Assembly: GCA_034440375.1 (NCBI GenBank)
Contig: JAWXBZ010000029.1
Span: forward strand, 1 to 17,138
Direction: 5' to 3'
DNA from: Candidatus Eiseniibacteriota bacterium
Lineage (GTDB): Bacteria; Eisenbacteria; RBG-16-71-46; JABDJR01; JAWXBZ01
Length of the DNA stretch: 17,138 nucleotides
The notes under the pieces are model-generated. The model saw only the letters and a list, made by a program, of their open reading frames with translations, did no database searches and was not told the origin of the DNA. This document shows, piece after piece, positions 1 through 7,888 of this stretch. The stretch's first letter is position 1, and every line of letters begins with the position of its first letter. Position numbers and translations under genes: made by a program.

Positions 1-39
1 CGATTGAGCCGCGACGCTCGGAAGCGAACCTCCCGCCGA

Positions 40-1344
40 CTAAAGGATGTCGGAGGCGAGTTCGGCCAGGGCCGAGCGTTCCCCCTTGACCAGCTCGACG
101 TGTGCCGCCAGGGGTACGCCACGGAAGCGCTGCACCAGGTGGTTGAACCCGTTCGAGGCCGCATCGACATAGGGGTTGTCGATCTGGGTCGGGTCGCCAG
201 TCAGGACGATCTTCGTTCCCTCGCCGACCCGACTGACGATCGTCTTCACTTCCAGAGGTGTGAGATTTTGCGCCTCGTCGACCAGGATGAACTGGTTCGG
301 CATGGAACGCCCGCGGATGTAGGTCAGCGGCTCGATGCCCAGGATGCCGGTGGACATCAACTTGTCGATCGACGGCGGATGCTTCTTTCCCTGCTGACTC
401 TCGAGCAGGAACTCGAGATTGTCATAGATCGGCTGCATCCAGGGGTCGAGTTTCTCCTCGATGCGGCCCGGCAGGTAACCGACATCGCGGCCCAGCGGGA
501 AGATCGGCCGGCTGACGAGCATCTTGAGGTAGGTCCCCTCATTCCGCGTCTTGTGGAGCCCGGCGGCCAAAGCGAGGAGCGTTTTGCCGGAGCCGGCCTT
601 TCCCATGAGCGTCACGAGCTTGATCTCGTCGTCCATCAGCGCGTCGAGGGCGAAATATTGTTCGCGGTTGTGCGGCTTCAGGCCAAAGACCTCGTCCCGA
701 AGGGGCTTCAGGCGTTGGACCACTCCGTCCCGGAGATTCACGCGGGCCAGTACCGATCGACCGCCGTCCTTGCTGTCGAGGAGATTCAGGTAGGTGTTCG
801 GTTCGAACTCTCCCGGGGGGATGGCCATCGTGCCGGTCTTCAGAAAGTCCTCGATGACGGATGAGTCGACCTTCATTTCCCGCTGCCGGCTGGATATTTC
901 CGACAATCGCACCTGGTCCGCCTCAAAGTCCTCGGCCGCCAGTTCGAGAGCGTCCGCCTTGATGCGCAGATTCGTGTCCTTGGTGACAAGGATCACCGGG
1001 ACGTCCGGCTCGCCGGCCTGGAGGGTCTTGGCGATTCGGAGCAGGGCATCATCGACGCTGCGGGAGCCGCCGTCGAATGTGTTCGACTGGGGGTCCAGGA
1101 TTACCCGGAGATGTCCGCCGTTCTCGAGGGGCACGCCGCGAGAGAGCTGGCCCAGCCGTCGGTACTCGTCGAGTCGTCGGCTGACCTCGCGGGCATTGCG
1201 GCCCAGTTCGGAAAGCTGCTTCTTGAACGTATCGATCTCTTCGATCACATAGATGGGAACAACCACCGTGTTGTCCTCGAAGGAGAGGAGCGCACCGGGG
1301 TCGTGAAGCAGGACATTGGTGTCCAGCACGTAGTTCTTCTTCAA
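40..1344 (-). CDS. PIN-domain PhoH-family ATPase/RNase (PhoH2/YlaK-like)
   Basis: 434 aa. N-terminal PIN signature YVLDTNVLL...VIEEID...DD..L...TKD.NLRIKA. C-terminal PhoH motifs: Walker A GKAGSGKT, GYLPG..EEK, YIRGRS, DEAQN, R.GEGTKIVLTGD.TQID. TTG start preceded by GGGAG. Confidence 0.95.
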   Translation of the reverse strand: MKKNYVLDTNVLLHDPGALLSFEDNTVVVPIYVIEEIDTFKKQLSELGRNAREVSRRLDEYRRLGQLSRGVPLENGGHLRVILDPQSNTFDGGSRSVDDALLRIAKTLQAGEPDVPVILVTKDTNLRIKADALELAAEDFEADQVRLSEISSRQREMKVDSSVIEDFLKTGTMAIPPGEFEPNTYLNLLDSKDGGRSVLARVNLRDGVVQRLKPLRDEVFGLKPHNREQYFALDALMDDEIKLVTLMGKAGSGKTLLALAAGLHKTRNEGTYLKMLVSRPIFPLGRDVGYLPGRIEEKLDPWMQPIYDNLEFLLESQQGKKHPPSIDKLMSTGILGIEPLTYIRGRSMPNQFILVDEAQNLTPLEVKTIVSRVGEGTKIVLTGDPTQIDNPYVDAASNGFNHLVQRFRGVPLAAHVELVKGERSALAELASDIL

Positions 1345-1404
1345 GTCAGACTCCCATGTTTCGATGGCGCGGCGTGTGCCGGCGGGCTCGGGACGGTGAC
1401 AGTG

Positions 1405-3009
1405 TCAATCGACGGCGGCGAATTGTCCAATCCAGTATTCCGGGTCGAGTGACCGGCCGGTGGCCCGGCGTATCGTCTCGTTCCAGTCGTAGCGGCCGCC
1501 CAGTCGAAAAAGACTTTCCCGGAGGAAGGTGCCGGCGGCCGGGTTGTCGACAAAGGAGGCGGCCGGCGTACCGCCGCCGACATGAGCCAGGAGGGCGGTC
1601 TCGATCTGGCTGGCGGTCATCTCGCCCAGCAGATAGTTCTGATAGTAGACCGGCGCCACGCTCAAGTGGATCTTGCTGGCCCAGTCAGGCTGGCTGCGAT
1701 CCGGTGGCGCTTCGACTCCCTGGAAGTCCTTCGCCATGGTCCACCAGAGTTGGTTCAGGTCCTGCGAGGGGTCCCGGTACATTTCCCGCTCGAAGTGAAC
1801 CATGAGGAGCCCCCAGCGGACGAAAATCAACTGGCCGATGGTCAGGGCCCTCTGAACTTCGGCCGACAGCCGATCCGCTTCCTCCTTCGGGACCCCGGCC
1901 ACCCGGGTCAGCCAGTCGGCGTTGCGTGTCAGTCGGCCAAAGAGCATGGCCACGGCTTCGGTGGTCATGGTGTGGGCCGGGGTTCGCAAAGTCCACGGCA
2001 ATTCGTCGTCGAGCTCGGCGTCGTAGATCGCATGGCCGAACTCGTGAAGCATCGTACTCATCCAGTATTCGTTCGCCTGGATGTTGCAGAGCACCCGCAC
2101 ATCACCGGCGCGATCGACATGCAGACAGAAGGCATGCTGGCTCTTTCCTGCGCGCTCGTAAAAATCGGAGCTGGCAAACAGATGATCAACCGGCAGCCCG
2201 ACACCCTCGAACGTGCGACGGGTCAGGGCTTCCAGATCCTGCCCGGCGAAATGGGCATCGAGGTCGACGGCGGCCGAACCCGGCGGGGATTCCTGGAAGA
2301 AGGGATCGGCATAGAGCCAGGGGCGGCTGTTCCACTGTGCAAGGCCGTATCGTGAGGCCAGTGTCCGGTCGATATCCGCCTTGATGCGCCAGAACGGGGC
2401 GTCCGTCATGCGCTGCAGCCGACCCAGCAGGGAGAAAAGCGTCGGTTCATCCAGCTCCTGCTGCGCGAGCGCCATGGCAAAGTGGTCACGATAACCGAGC
2501 CGGCGCGCTTCCTTGTTGCGCAGCTTCACCAGTTCCAGAAGCGGGCCGACGACATGGACACCGATCTGCTTGGAAGCTTCCCAGGCCATTCGTCGGCGGC
2601 CCGGGTCTGTCTCCTCGCGCAGAAGCTGTCGAAGCTGGTTGTCGTTGACCATCGTCGATTCCAGGGTGGCGCGGAATGAGTTGAAGGTCTGTTCAATCTC
2701 CTCCTCGCGGCGGGTCAGCTCGGTGAGTACCTCCGGGTCCAGCTGGCGCCCGGCGTATTCGAGTGCCAGGACCGTCAGCTGCCGATGAACGAGGGGATCG
2801 GCGCTGCTCGACTCCTTGAGGCGCAGGAGCCGGGCGTATTCGTCCGGCCGGGAGTAGATCGTCAACAGCCGGGCCTTGGCCGCTGCCGACGCACCAGCAT
2901 CCTCCGGCCGGCCCGAGAGGGCCGAAGTCCAGTATTTTTCGTGATAGTCGGTGGCCAGCGGCCCCGCTTCCTTGATGTGTCGTTCCAGGAACTCAAGCGC
3001 CTCGCGCAT
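1405..3009 (-). CDS. M2/M3-family zinc metallopeptidase (peptidyl-dipeptidase A/oligopeptidase-like)
   Basis: 534 aa. HEFGH zinc motif (2032-2046), downstream third-ligand Glu (TEAVA), ERAGKSQHAFC, DWASKIH and PVYYQNYLLG motifs. GGAG upstream of the ATG. No obvious signal peptide. Confidence 0.9.
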   Translation of the reverse strand: MREALEFLERHIKEAGPLATDYHEKYWTSALSGRPEDAGASAAAKARLLTIYSRPDEYARLLRLKESSSADPLVHRQLTVLALEYAGRQLDPEVLTELTRREEEIEQTFNSFRATLESTMVNDNQLRQLLREETDPGRRRMAWEASKQIGVHVVGPLLELVKLRNKEARRLGYRDHFAMALAQQELDEPTLFSLLGRLQRMTDAPFWRIKADIDRTLASRYGLAQWNSRPWLYADPFFQESPPGSAAVDLDAHFAGQDLEALTRRTFEGVGLPVDHLFASSDFYERAGKSQHAFCLHVDRAGDVRVLCNIQANEYWMSTMLHEFGHAIYDAELDDELPWTLRTPAHTMTTEAVAMLFGRLTRNADWLTRVAGVPKEEADRLSAEVQRALTIGQLIFVRWGLLMVHFEREMYRDPSQDLNQLWWTMAKDFQGVEAPPDRSQPDWASKIHLSVAPVYYQNYLLGEMTASQIETALLAHVGGGTPAASFVDNPAAGTFLRESLFRLGGRYDWNETIRRATGRSLDPEYWIGQFAAVD

Positions 3010-3027
3010 GGTCGGCTCCGGCTGTCG

Positions 3028-4827
3028 CTACAGGAGTGTGCCCTTGTCCCCGGGCATGAGCAGGCGACGGAGCAGCTTCACCGGCGGCTCGCCGAAGGAC
3101 AGCAGGCGATCGTGAAATTCCTTGAGTGTGAAAGCGGCCCCGCGAAACCGCTTGTAATCGTCGCGGGCCTTATGGATCTGGAGCTTGCCAAGCTGATAGA
3201 CCAGATAGGTCGGGTCCAGCGTACCGCGGCGGGCCTCACGCTCGGCATCGATACGCTCCGTGTACCCCTCCTTCATGAAGAACTCGACGGCCTCCTCCAT
3301 GGTCATCTGGCCGGTGTGCATACGGATGGCCACCAGGTAGCGGCAGGACCGCAGCAGCGCCAGCCGAAGCTGGAAGAGCTTGTAGCGCGGATCACCGTCG
3401 CCCCACCCCTGCTCCAGCATCATCTGTTCGCAGTAAAGCCCCCATCCCTCGCTGAACGAGGCCGAGCCGAAGACCCGGCGGACCTTGGAGCTTGTCTGCT
3501 CACCCCGGAGAAACTGAAGATAGTGTCCGGGCCAGGCCTCGTGCATCGACAGGATCGGCAGGGAGTAGCGATTGAAAAGTCGCATGGCATCGTCCTGCTC
3601 GATCGCCGTCTTGCCGGGATCGGGGGGCGTCACGAAATACCAGGCCTCGCGCCCCTTCGTTTCAAAGGGTCCCGGCGAATCCATGGCGGCGAACAGAAAA
3701 TTGCGCATGAACTCCGGCGTGGCCACGGCCCGGCACCTCTCCTCGCCCGGGATGGACACCAGATTCTTTGTCACGCAGAAGCTGCGAAGATCTTCGAGCA
3801 GGGAGTTGGTTGTCGCGACCAGGTCCGATGGTTTCGGGTGATCAATGGACAGGATCCGATAGAGTTCGGCGGGAGTCTTGTCCTTGTCGATTGCCGCGGC
3901 GACCGCCCCCACCTCGGATTGGAGTGCCTTCAGGTGTTCCTCGCCGATCTTCTCGAGCCGGTAGATCGGTATGTCGCACATTTCCTCGTGCAGCAGTTTG
4001 GCCTGGAAGTTCACTTCGCCGAGCTGGTAGCTGCCGTTGGCGGCCGGAAGCACGCTCCCCTCAAGAAACTGGACGTAGGATTCGAGATCGCGAATGGCCA
4101 TCGCATTGGACGCCTCGAAATCGGCCCGGAGCTTCGGATCGGTCACATCCGCGAAGGCGGCCGGTACAGCCGTCTTCAAGAACTCGACAGCGCCCTTTGC
4201 CTGCTCGATCGACACCTGTGTCCAGATGCGGGGGGGATTGACCAGGTTCTCGAGCGAGGCCGCCAGAACCCCGCTGATCTGGTTTTCGCGGGCAATGACA
4301 CTGGCCAGACGCTCGGGCGCCGGGGCGAACGAGCGCGCGATCAGGTTGTAGATCCCTTCGGTCACCATGTCGACGTAGTAGCCGGGGTTCTTCTCCCACG
4401 GGCGGATCGTTTCCAGATCAAGGATTTCCCCCTGGATTCGCCCGAGGAGAATGTCCCGATCCACCACTCGCGCCGTGTCGAGGCCGGCTGGCGCCAGCGC
4501 ATTCAACCGCTCGTGCGCACCCTTTAACCGGACGATCTCCGCCTCGATGGATTCCCGCGTGTAGCCGGACCAGGCCATGTCGTGCCGATGCACGCCGGCC
4601 CGGGTTGCCTCGACCGGGCGGAAGGCATACCACCCGTCGATGAACTGGTCGACGAAACCGTCAAACTCCGCCCGGGTGGCGGCGAGGGTCGGGCGCGGGG
4701 AAATGAATGGGGCCAGGATCAAACAAGCCGCCAGACAGCTCAAGGCCAATCGTCCGGGCCAGGCGGTTCGCCGGAACGGGGCGGAGTGAATGGAGAGGGC
4801 GACTCTCACCGGGAGCCGGCTTGACAT
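3028..4827 (-). CDS. DUF885 domain protein (secreted, gluzincin-like putative metallopeptidase)
   Basis: HEAWPGH (3523-3543), FSEGWGLYCE, Y..GKL.I and F.LKEFHD.LL..G motifs typical of DUF885. Start reassigned from 5304 to the ATG at 4827 (MSSRLP...), which has AAGGAG at 4837-4842 and is followed by a signal-peptide-like segment. 599 aa. Confidence 0.9.
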   Translation of the reverse strand: MSSRLPVRVALSIHSAPFRRTAWPGRLALSCLAACLILAPFISPRPTLAATRAEFDGFVDQFIDGWYAFRPVEATRAGVHRHDMAWSGYTRESIEAEIVRLKGAHERLNALAPAGLDTARVVDRDILLGRIQGEILDLETIRPWEKNPGYYVDMVTEGIYNLIARSFAPAPERLASVIARENQISGVLAASLENLVNPPRIWTQVSIEQAKGAVEFLKTAVPAAFADVTDPKLRADFEASNAMAIRDLESYVQFLEGSVLPAANGSYQLGEVNFQAKLLHEEMCDIPIYRLEKIGEEHLKALQSEVGAVAAAIDKDKTPAELYRILSIDHPKPSDLVATTNSLLEDLRSFCVTKNLVSIPGEERCRAVATPEFMRNFLFAAMDSPGPFETKGREAWYFVTPPDPGKTAIEQDDAMRLFNRYSLPILSMHEAWPGHYLQFLRGEQTSSKVRRVFGSASFSEGWGLYCEQMMLEQGWGDGDPRYKLFQLRLALLRSCRYLVAIRMHTGQMTMEEAVEFFMKEGYTERIDAEREARRGTLDPTYLVYQLGKLQIHKARDDYKRFRGAAFTLKEFHDRLLSFGEPPVKLLRRLLMPGDKGTLL

Positions 4828-4906
4828 CAGATGGATCTCCTTGGCGCTGATGGCCTGAAAAAAGCAACGGCCGGTCCCGACGACCGGCCCGACGTCACGC
4901 GTTGGA

Positions 4907-4915
4907 ATGCTAACA
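4907..4915 (-). promoter_or_regulatory. Possible extended -10 (TGtTAGCAT) for the DUF885 operon
   Basis: TG-n-TAGCAT on the minus strand about 80 nt upstream of the 4827 start. Motif match only. Confidence 0.3.
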
Positions 4916-4991
4916 GGCACGGTGGTGCGGTGGTAGGCCGACCGGGCGGGGGAGATACTCCCGCGTGAGTGAGATGTCCCGGGGTGGACGC

Positions 4992-5000
4992 TGATATGAT
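4992..5000 (+). promoter_or_regulatory. Possible extended -10 (TGaTATGAT) sigma70-type promoter for the SGNH-like gene
   Basis: TG-n-TATGAT ends 33 nt before the GTG at 5034. GGAGGAG ribosome-binding site lies just before the start. Confidence 0.45.
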
Positions 5001-5033
5001 GGCGCCCCTGTCGTCCAGCCGATCGGAGGAGCC

Positions 5034-6188
5034 GTGAAGTCGACCCGTTCCGTGCCACGCCGGAGCCTCGTCTCGCGCCTGGCCGATCTTGGCGTCCTGA
5101 TTCTCGGCATTGCATCGGTTCTGGCCGTGCTGGAAATGGCTGTCCGCCCGTTCTATCCCGCCTCGCCCGGGCTCGTGGCCCCGCAGGTGCGGCACCGTGC
5201 CTCTGCGGCCCATGGCTGGGAGATGGTCCCGGACCTGTCGGCCAACTCCTTCGCGGCATCCGCACCGATCGATCTTCGCGGGTACCGTCTGATGAATCCT
5301 CCACCCGGTGTAGGTGACCCGGACGGGGGACTCACACCGGATCGGCCACGCTGGCTGGCGGCCGGCGGCGGCAACATGTTCGGCGTCGGGGTGGTGGCCG
5401 AGTCCATCTTCGCCGTGCGGGCATCGCGTCACGCCCTGGGTACTGGCGCCGTCCTGCTCAATTCGGCCACGGATGGTTTCGACATCGGACAAAAGGTCCG
5501 GCGAATCGAAGCCGATGCCGTCCTGGCCTCGCCGGACTTGATCCTGCTCGAGATCGAACTCTCCGACCTGCCGGCCGGCGGCCTTCGCGACACGACTCTG
5601 AGCCTCGAGAACCAGGAGAGGGCCGCGCTCCGGCTGAACCGGCGCCCCCCCCGGGAGGGGGACACCTGGGCCCGCATCCTTGGTCGAAGCCGACTGGCCT
5701 CCCTGATTGACGGTCGAGCGCGGGCATTCGTGCGGCTGGGGCAGCGCCTGCCCACAGCGGAGCCAGTGGCCGGGAATTTCCAGGTGCGCGCGATCGATAT
5801 TCTGCTCGGCCGCGAGACGCCGGCCATCGAAGCCTCCTGGCAGGCGATGGGGGCCCAAATGGACCGGGTGGCCGACACGGCGGACCGGGTGCGTGCCCGT
5901 GTCTGCGTGGTGGCATTGCCGTTGCCGGCCCAGTTACGCCGACCTTATCCGCGGGCCAGTTTCCAGTCACGCATGGAGCGAATCTGCTTCGAGCGGGGCT
6001 TTGTCTTTGTGGATCCGCTTCCGGCCCTTCGTGAGGAGAGGCGGGCCGGCATCCGCCTGTACCTGCCGCGGCTGCCGTATCTGAGCGAGGCCGGTCATCG
6101 GGTTGTGGCCGAGCAGATCCGGCGTGAGCTGGAAACACCGCTGGCTCACGAGGAGAACGGGCGCCTTCCCAGCCGGATCGACGAATAG
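5034..6188 (+). CDS. Membrane-anchored SGNH/GDSL hydrolase-fold protein, apparently catalytically degenerate
   Basis: 384 aa. N-terminal TM helix ending LE...R, D..GYR, and block-like motifs WLAAGGGNMFGVGV, LLNSATDGF, PDLILL, FVDPLPAL, LYL....LSEAGHRVVAE. GGAGGAG RBS. Confidence 0.7.
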   Translation: MKSTRSVPRRSLVSRLADLGVLILGIASVLAVLEMAVRPFYPASPGLVAPQVRHRASAAHGWEMVPDLSANSFAASAPIDLRGYRLMNPPPGVGDPDGGLTPDRPRWLAAGGGNMFGVGVVAESIFAVRASRHALGTGAVLLNSATDGFDIGQKVRRIEADAVLASPDLILLEIELSDLPAGGLRDTTLSLENQERAALRLNRRPPREGDTWARILGRSRLASLIDGRARAFVRLGQRLPTAEPVAGNFQVRAIDILLGRETPAIEASWQAMGAQMDRVADTADRVRARVCVVALPLPAQLRRPYPRASFQSRMERICFERGFVFVDPLPALREERRAGIRLYLPRLPYLSEAGHRVVAEQIRRELETPLAHEENGRLPSRIDE

Positions 6189-6193
6189 GGGCA

Positions 6194-7105
6194 TCACATC
6201 GCGCGGAGTCGGCGGATCCGTTCGTCGATCGGTGGATGCGTGTCGAAAAGACCTGCCCGCCCCCGCTCGTGATCGACGAGCGGGTTCACGATGTAGAGCG
6301 GGGCCGTGGCCCGGTTGGCCACCTCGAGCGGGTCGGTGTCGGCGCTCATCTTCGAAAGCGCACGGGCCAGACCCTCGGGAAAGCGGGTCAGGAGCGCGCC
6401 GTTGGCATCGGCCAGATATTCCCGCTGACGCGAGATGGCGAAGCGCATGAACTGGGCCGCGATCGGCGCCAGGACGGCGAAGACCACGGCCACCAGCATG
6501 AGCGGCCCGGCCCCGCTCGAACGACGCCCACGGCCGCTCCACATTCCCCAGCGCAGGCTGCGGAGCATCCAGTCGGACAAGAGGGCGATGCTGCCGACCA
6601 TGACGCCGGCCAGCGTCGTCATTCGAATGTCGAAATTGGCGATGTGCGACATCTCATGAGCCAGCACTCCCTCCAGTTCGAGCCGATCAAGCTTGTCGAT
6701 CAGGCCGGTCGTGACAGCGATGGCGGCATTTTTCGGATCGCGACCGGTGGCAAAGGCGTTCGGCGCCGAGTCATCGATCGTAAAGATCCGTGGCACCGGC
6801 AGGCCGGCGGCCAGCGCCAGCCCCTCGATCGAATGAACGAGATGCGGGTGCCGGCCAGGGTCGACCGGTTTGGCGCCGCTGGCGGCGAGAACGATCCGAT
6901 CGCTGTACCAGTAGGTGCCGAAGGCGGCGATGCCGGCAAATAGAATCGCCGCGAACGATCCCGCCGGGCCCGCGCCGGTGAACTCACCGAAGAGATAGCC
7001 CATGGCGCCGACCAAAAGGCCGAAGGCGAGCATGAGAAGCCCGCTCTTCCAGCGATTGGCATCGACCTCGTCCCAGACGGGGCGACGTTCGGGAGGGACG
7101 CTCAG
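6194..7105 (-). CDS. htpX: HtpX-like M48 zinc metalloprotease
   Basis: PNAFATG, AIAVTTGL, ELEGVLAHEMSH (HExxH 6644-6658), SRQREYLADA, F.THPP...RI motifs, directly downstream of lemA. The track start is 7033. The frame extends upstream with an HtpX-like N-terminus (WDEVDANRWKSGLLM) to a CTG at 7105, so the start is uncertain. Confidence 0.92.
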   Translation of the reverse strand: MSVPPERRPVWDEVDANRWKSGLLMLAFGLLVGAMGYLFGEFTGAGPAGSFAAILFAGIAAFGTYWYSDRIVLAASGAKPVDPGRHPHLVHSIEGLALAAGLPVPRIFTIDDSAPNAFATGRDPKNAAIAVTTGLIDKLDRLELEGVLAHEMSHIANFDIRMTTLAGVMVGSIALLSDWMLRSLRWGMWSGRGRRSSGAGPLMLVAVVFAVLAPIAAQFMRFAISRQREYLADANGALLTRFPEGLARALSKMSADTDPLEVANRATAPLYIVNPLVDHERGRAGLFDTHPPIDERIRRLRAM

Positions 7106-7656
7106 AATTTGACCTTGACCGGCTCGCGATCGGTGGCGGGGGCCTCAAAGTACGGCTTCGGCTGGAAGCCGAACATGCCGGCGAGAATGTTCGTGGGGAA
7201 CATCTCGAGGGCGTTGTCATACTGGAGCACCGAGTCGTTGTAGAACTGGCGCGAATAGGCAATTTTACTCTCGGTGCCGGAAAGCTCCTCCTGGAGCATC
7301 AGGAAATTCTGGTTGGCTTTCAACTCCGGATAGGCCTCGGCCACCGCGAAGAGGCTCTTGAGTGCGCCGCTCAGCATATTGTCGGCCTGGGCCTGCGCCG
7401 CGACGTTGGAGCCGGCGTTCACCAGGGCGCTGCGCGCCTGGATGACCCGCTCGAATGTTTCCTTTTCGTGGGCGGCGTATCCCTTCACGGTTTCGACCAG
7501 GTTCGGGATCAGGTCGACGCGACGTTTCAATTGGACGTCGATCTGGCTCAAGGCGTTTTCGATCCGATTTTTCAGTGCCACGAGCCGGTTGTACATGCCG
7601 ATGAACCAGAAGGCGATGGCCGCGATCAATCCGAGAAAGATCAGGACTCCGATCAT
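7102..7656 (-). CDS. lemA: LemA family protein
   Basis: N-terminal TM helix, YNRLV, QIDVQLKRR.DLIPNLVETVKGYA.HE, AVAEAYPELKANQNF..LQ.EL..TE.KI, R.FYN, FPTN. The ATG at 7656 follows a GAGGGGG RBS and is preferred over 7677. Confidence 0.96.
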   Translation of the reverse strand: MIGVLIFLGLIAAIAFWFIGMYNRLVALKNRIENALSQIDVQLKRRVDLIPNLVETVKGYAAHEKETFERVIQARSALVNAGSNVAAQAQADNMLSGALKSLFAVAEAYPELKANQNFLMLQEELSGTESKIAYSRQFYNDSVLQYDNALEMFPTNILAGMFGFQPKPYFEAPATDREPVKVKF

Positions 7657-7728
7657 GTTTCCCCCCTCAGTGCCCATTGCAGCGCCGAATCATGCCTCTC
7701 GTTCCGGCTGTTCACACGCCGTGCCCAG

Positions 7729-7755
7729 TACGCTCCTCGCCGGGAGAAGTTGAAC
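7729..7755 (-). promoter_or_regulatory. Candidate ECF-type promoter (TTCAAC-N16-CGTA) upstream of lemA-htpX
   Basis: Minus strand reads GTTCAAC ttctcccggcgaggag CGTA, matching the generic ECF AAC...CGT architecture. Confidence 0.45.
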
Positions 7756-7888
7756 TGAATCGTCGGCATCCTAGCAGCCGGCCTTCCCGGGGTACAAAAG
7801 GGGACGTCGGATCCAGATGATGGGGACTTCCAGCAGCAGGAAGCGGGCCGCTGGATGGAGGCGGGTCCGTCGGCTACCCTGCCGGCTC

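Noticed and set aside
20-33. Small UUCG-loop hairpin downstream of PIN-PhoH
   Set aside because: Only a 5-bp stem with a G-U pair and no U-tract; too weak to call a terminator.
4-864. 286-aa plus-strand ORF
   Set aside because: Antisense shadow of PIN-PhoH.
2785-4527. 580-aa plus-strand ORF
   Set aside because: Antisense shadow of the DUF885 and peptidase genes; no recognisable motifs, and expected in high-GC DNA.
4828-5304. N-terminal extension of the 758-aa DUF885 ORF
   Set aside because: Overlaps the divergent SGNH gene and has low-complexity composition; a strong RBS supports the start at 4827.
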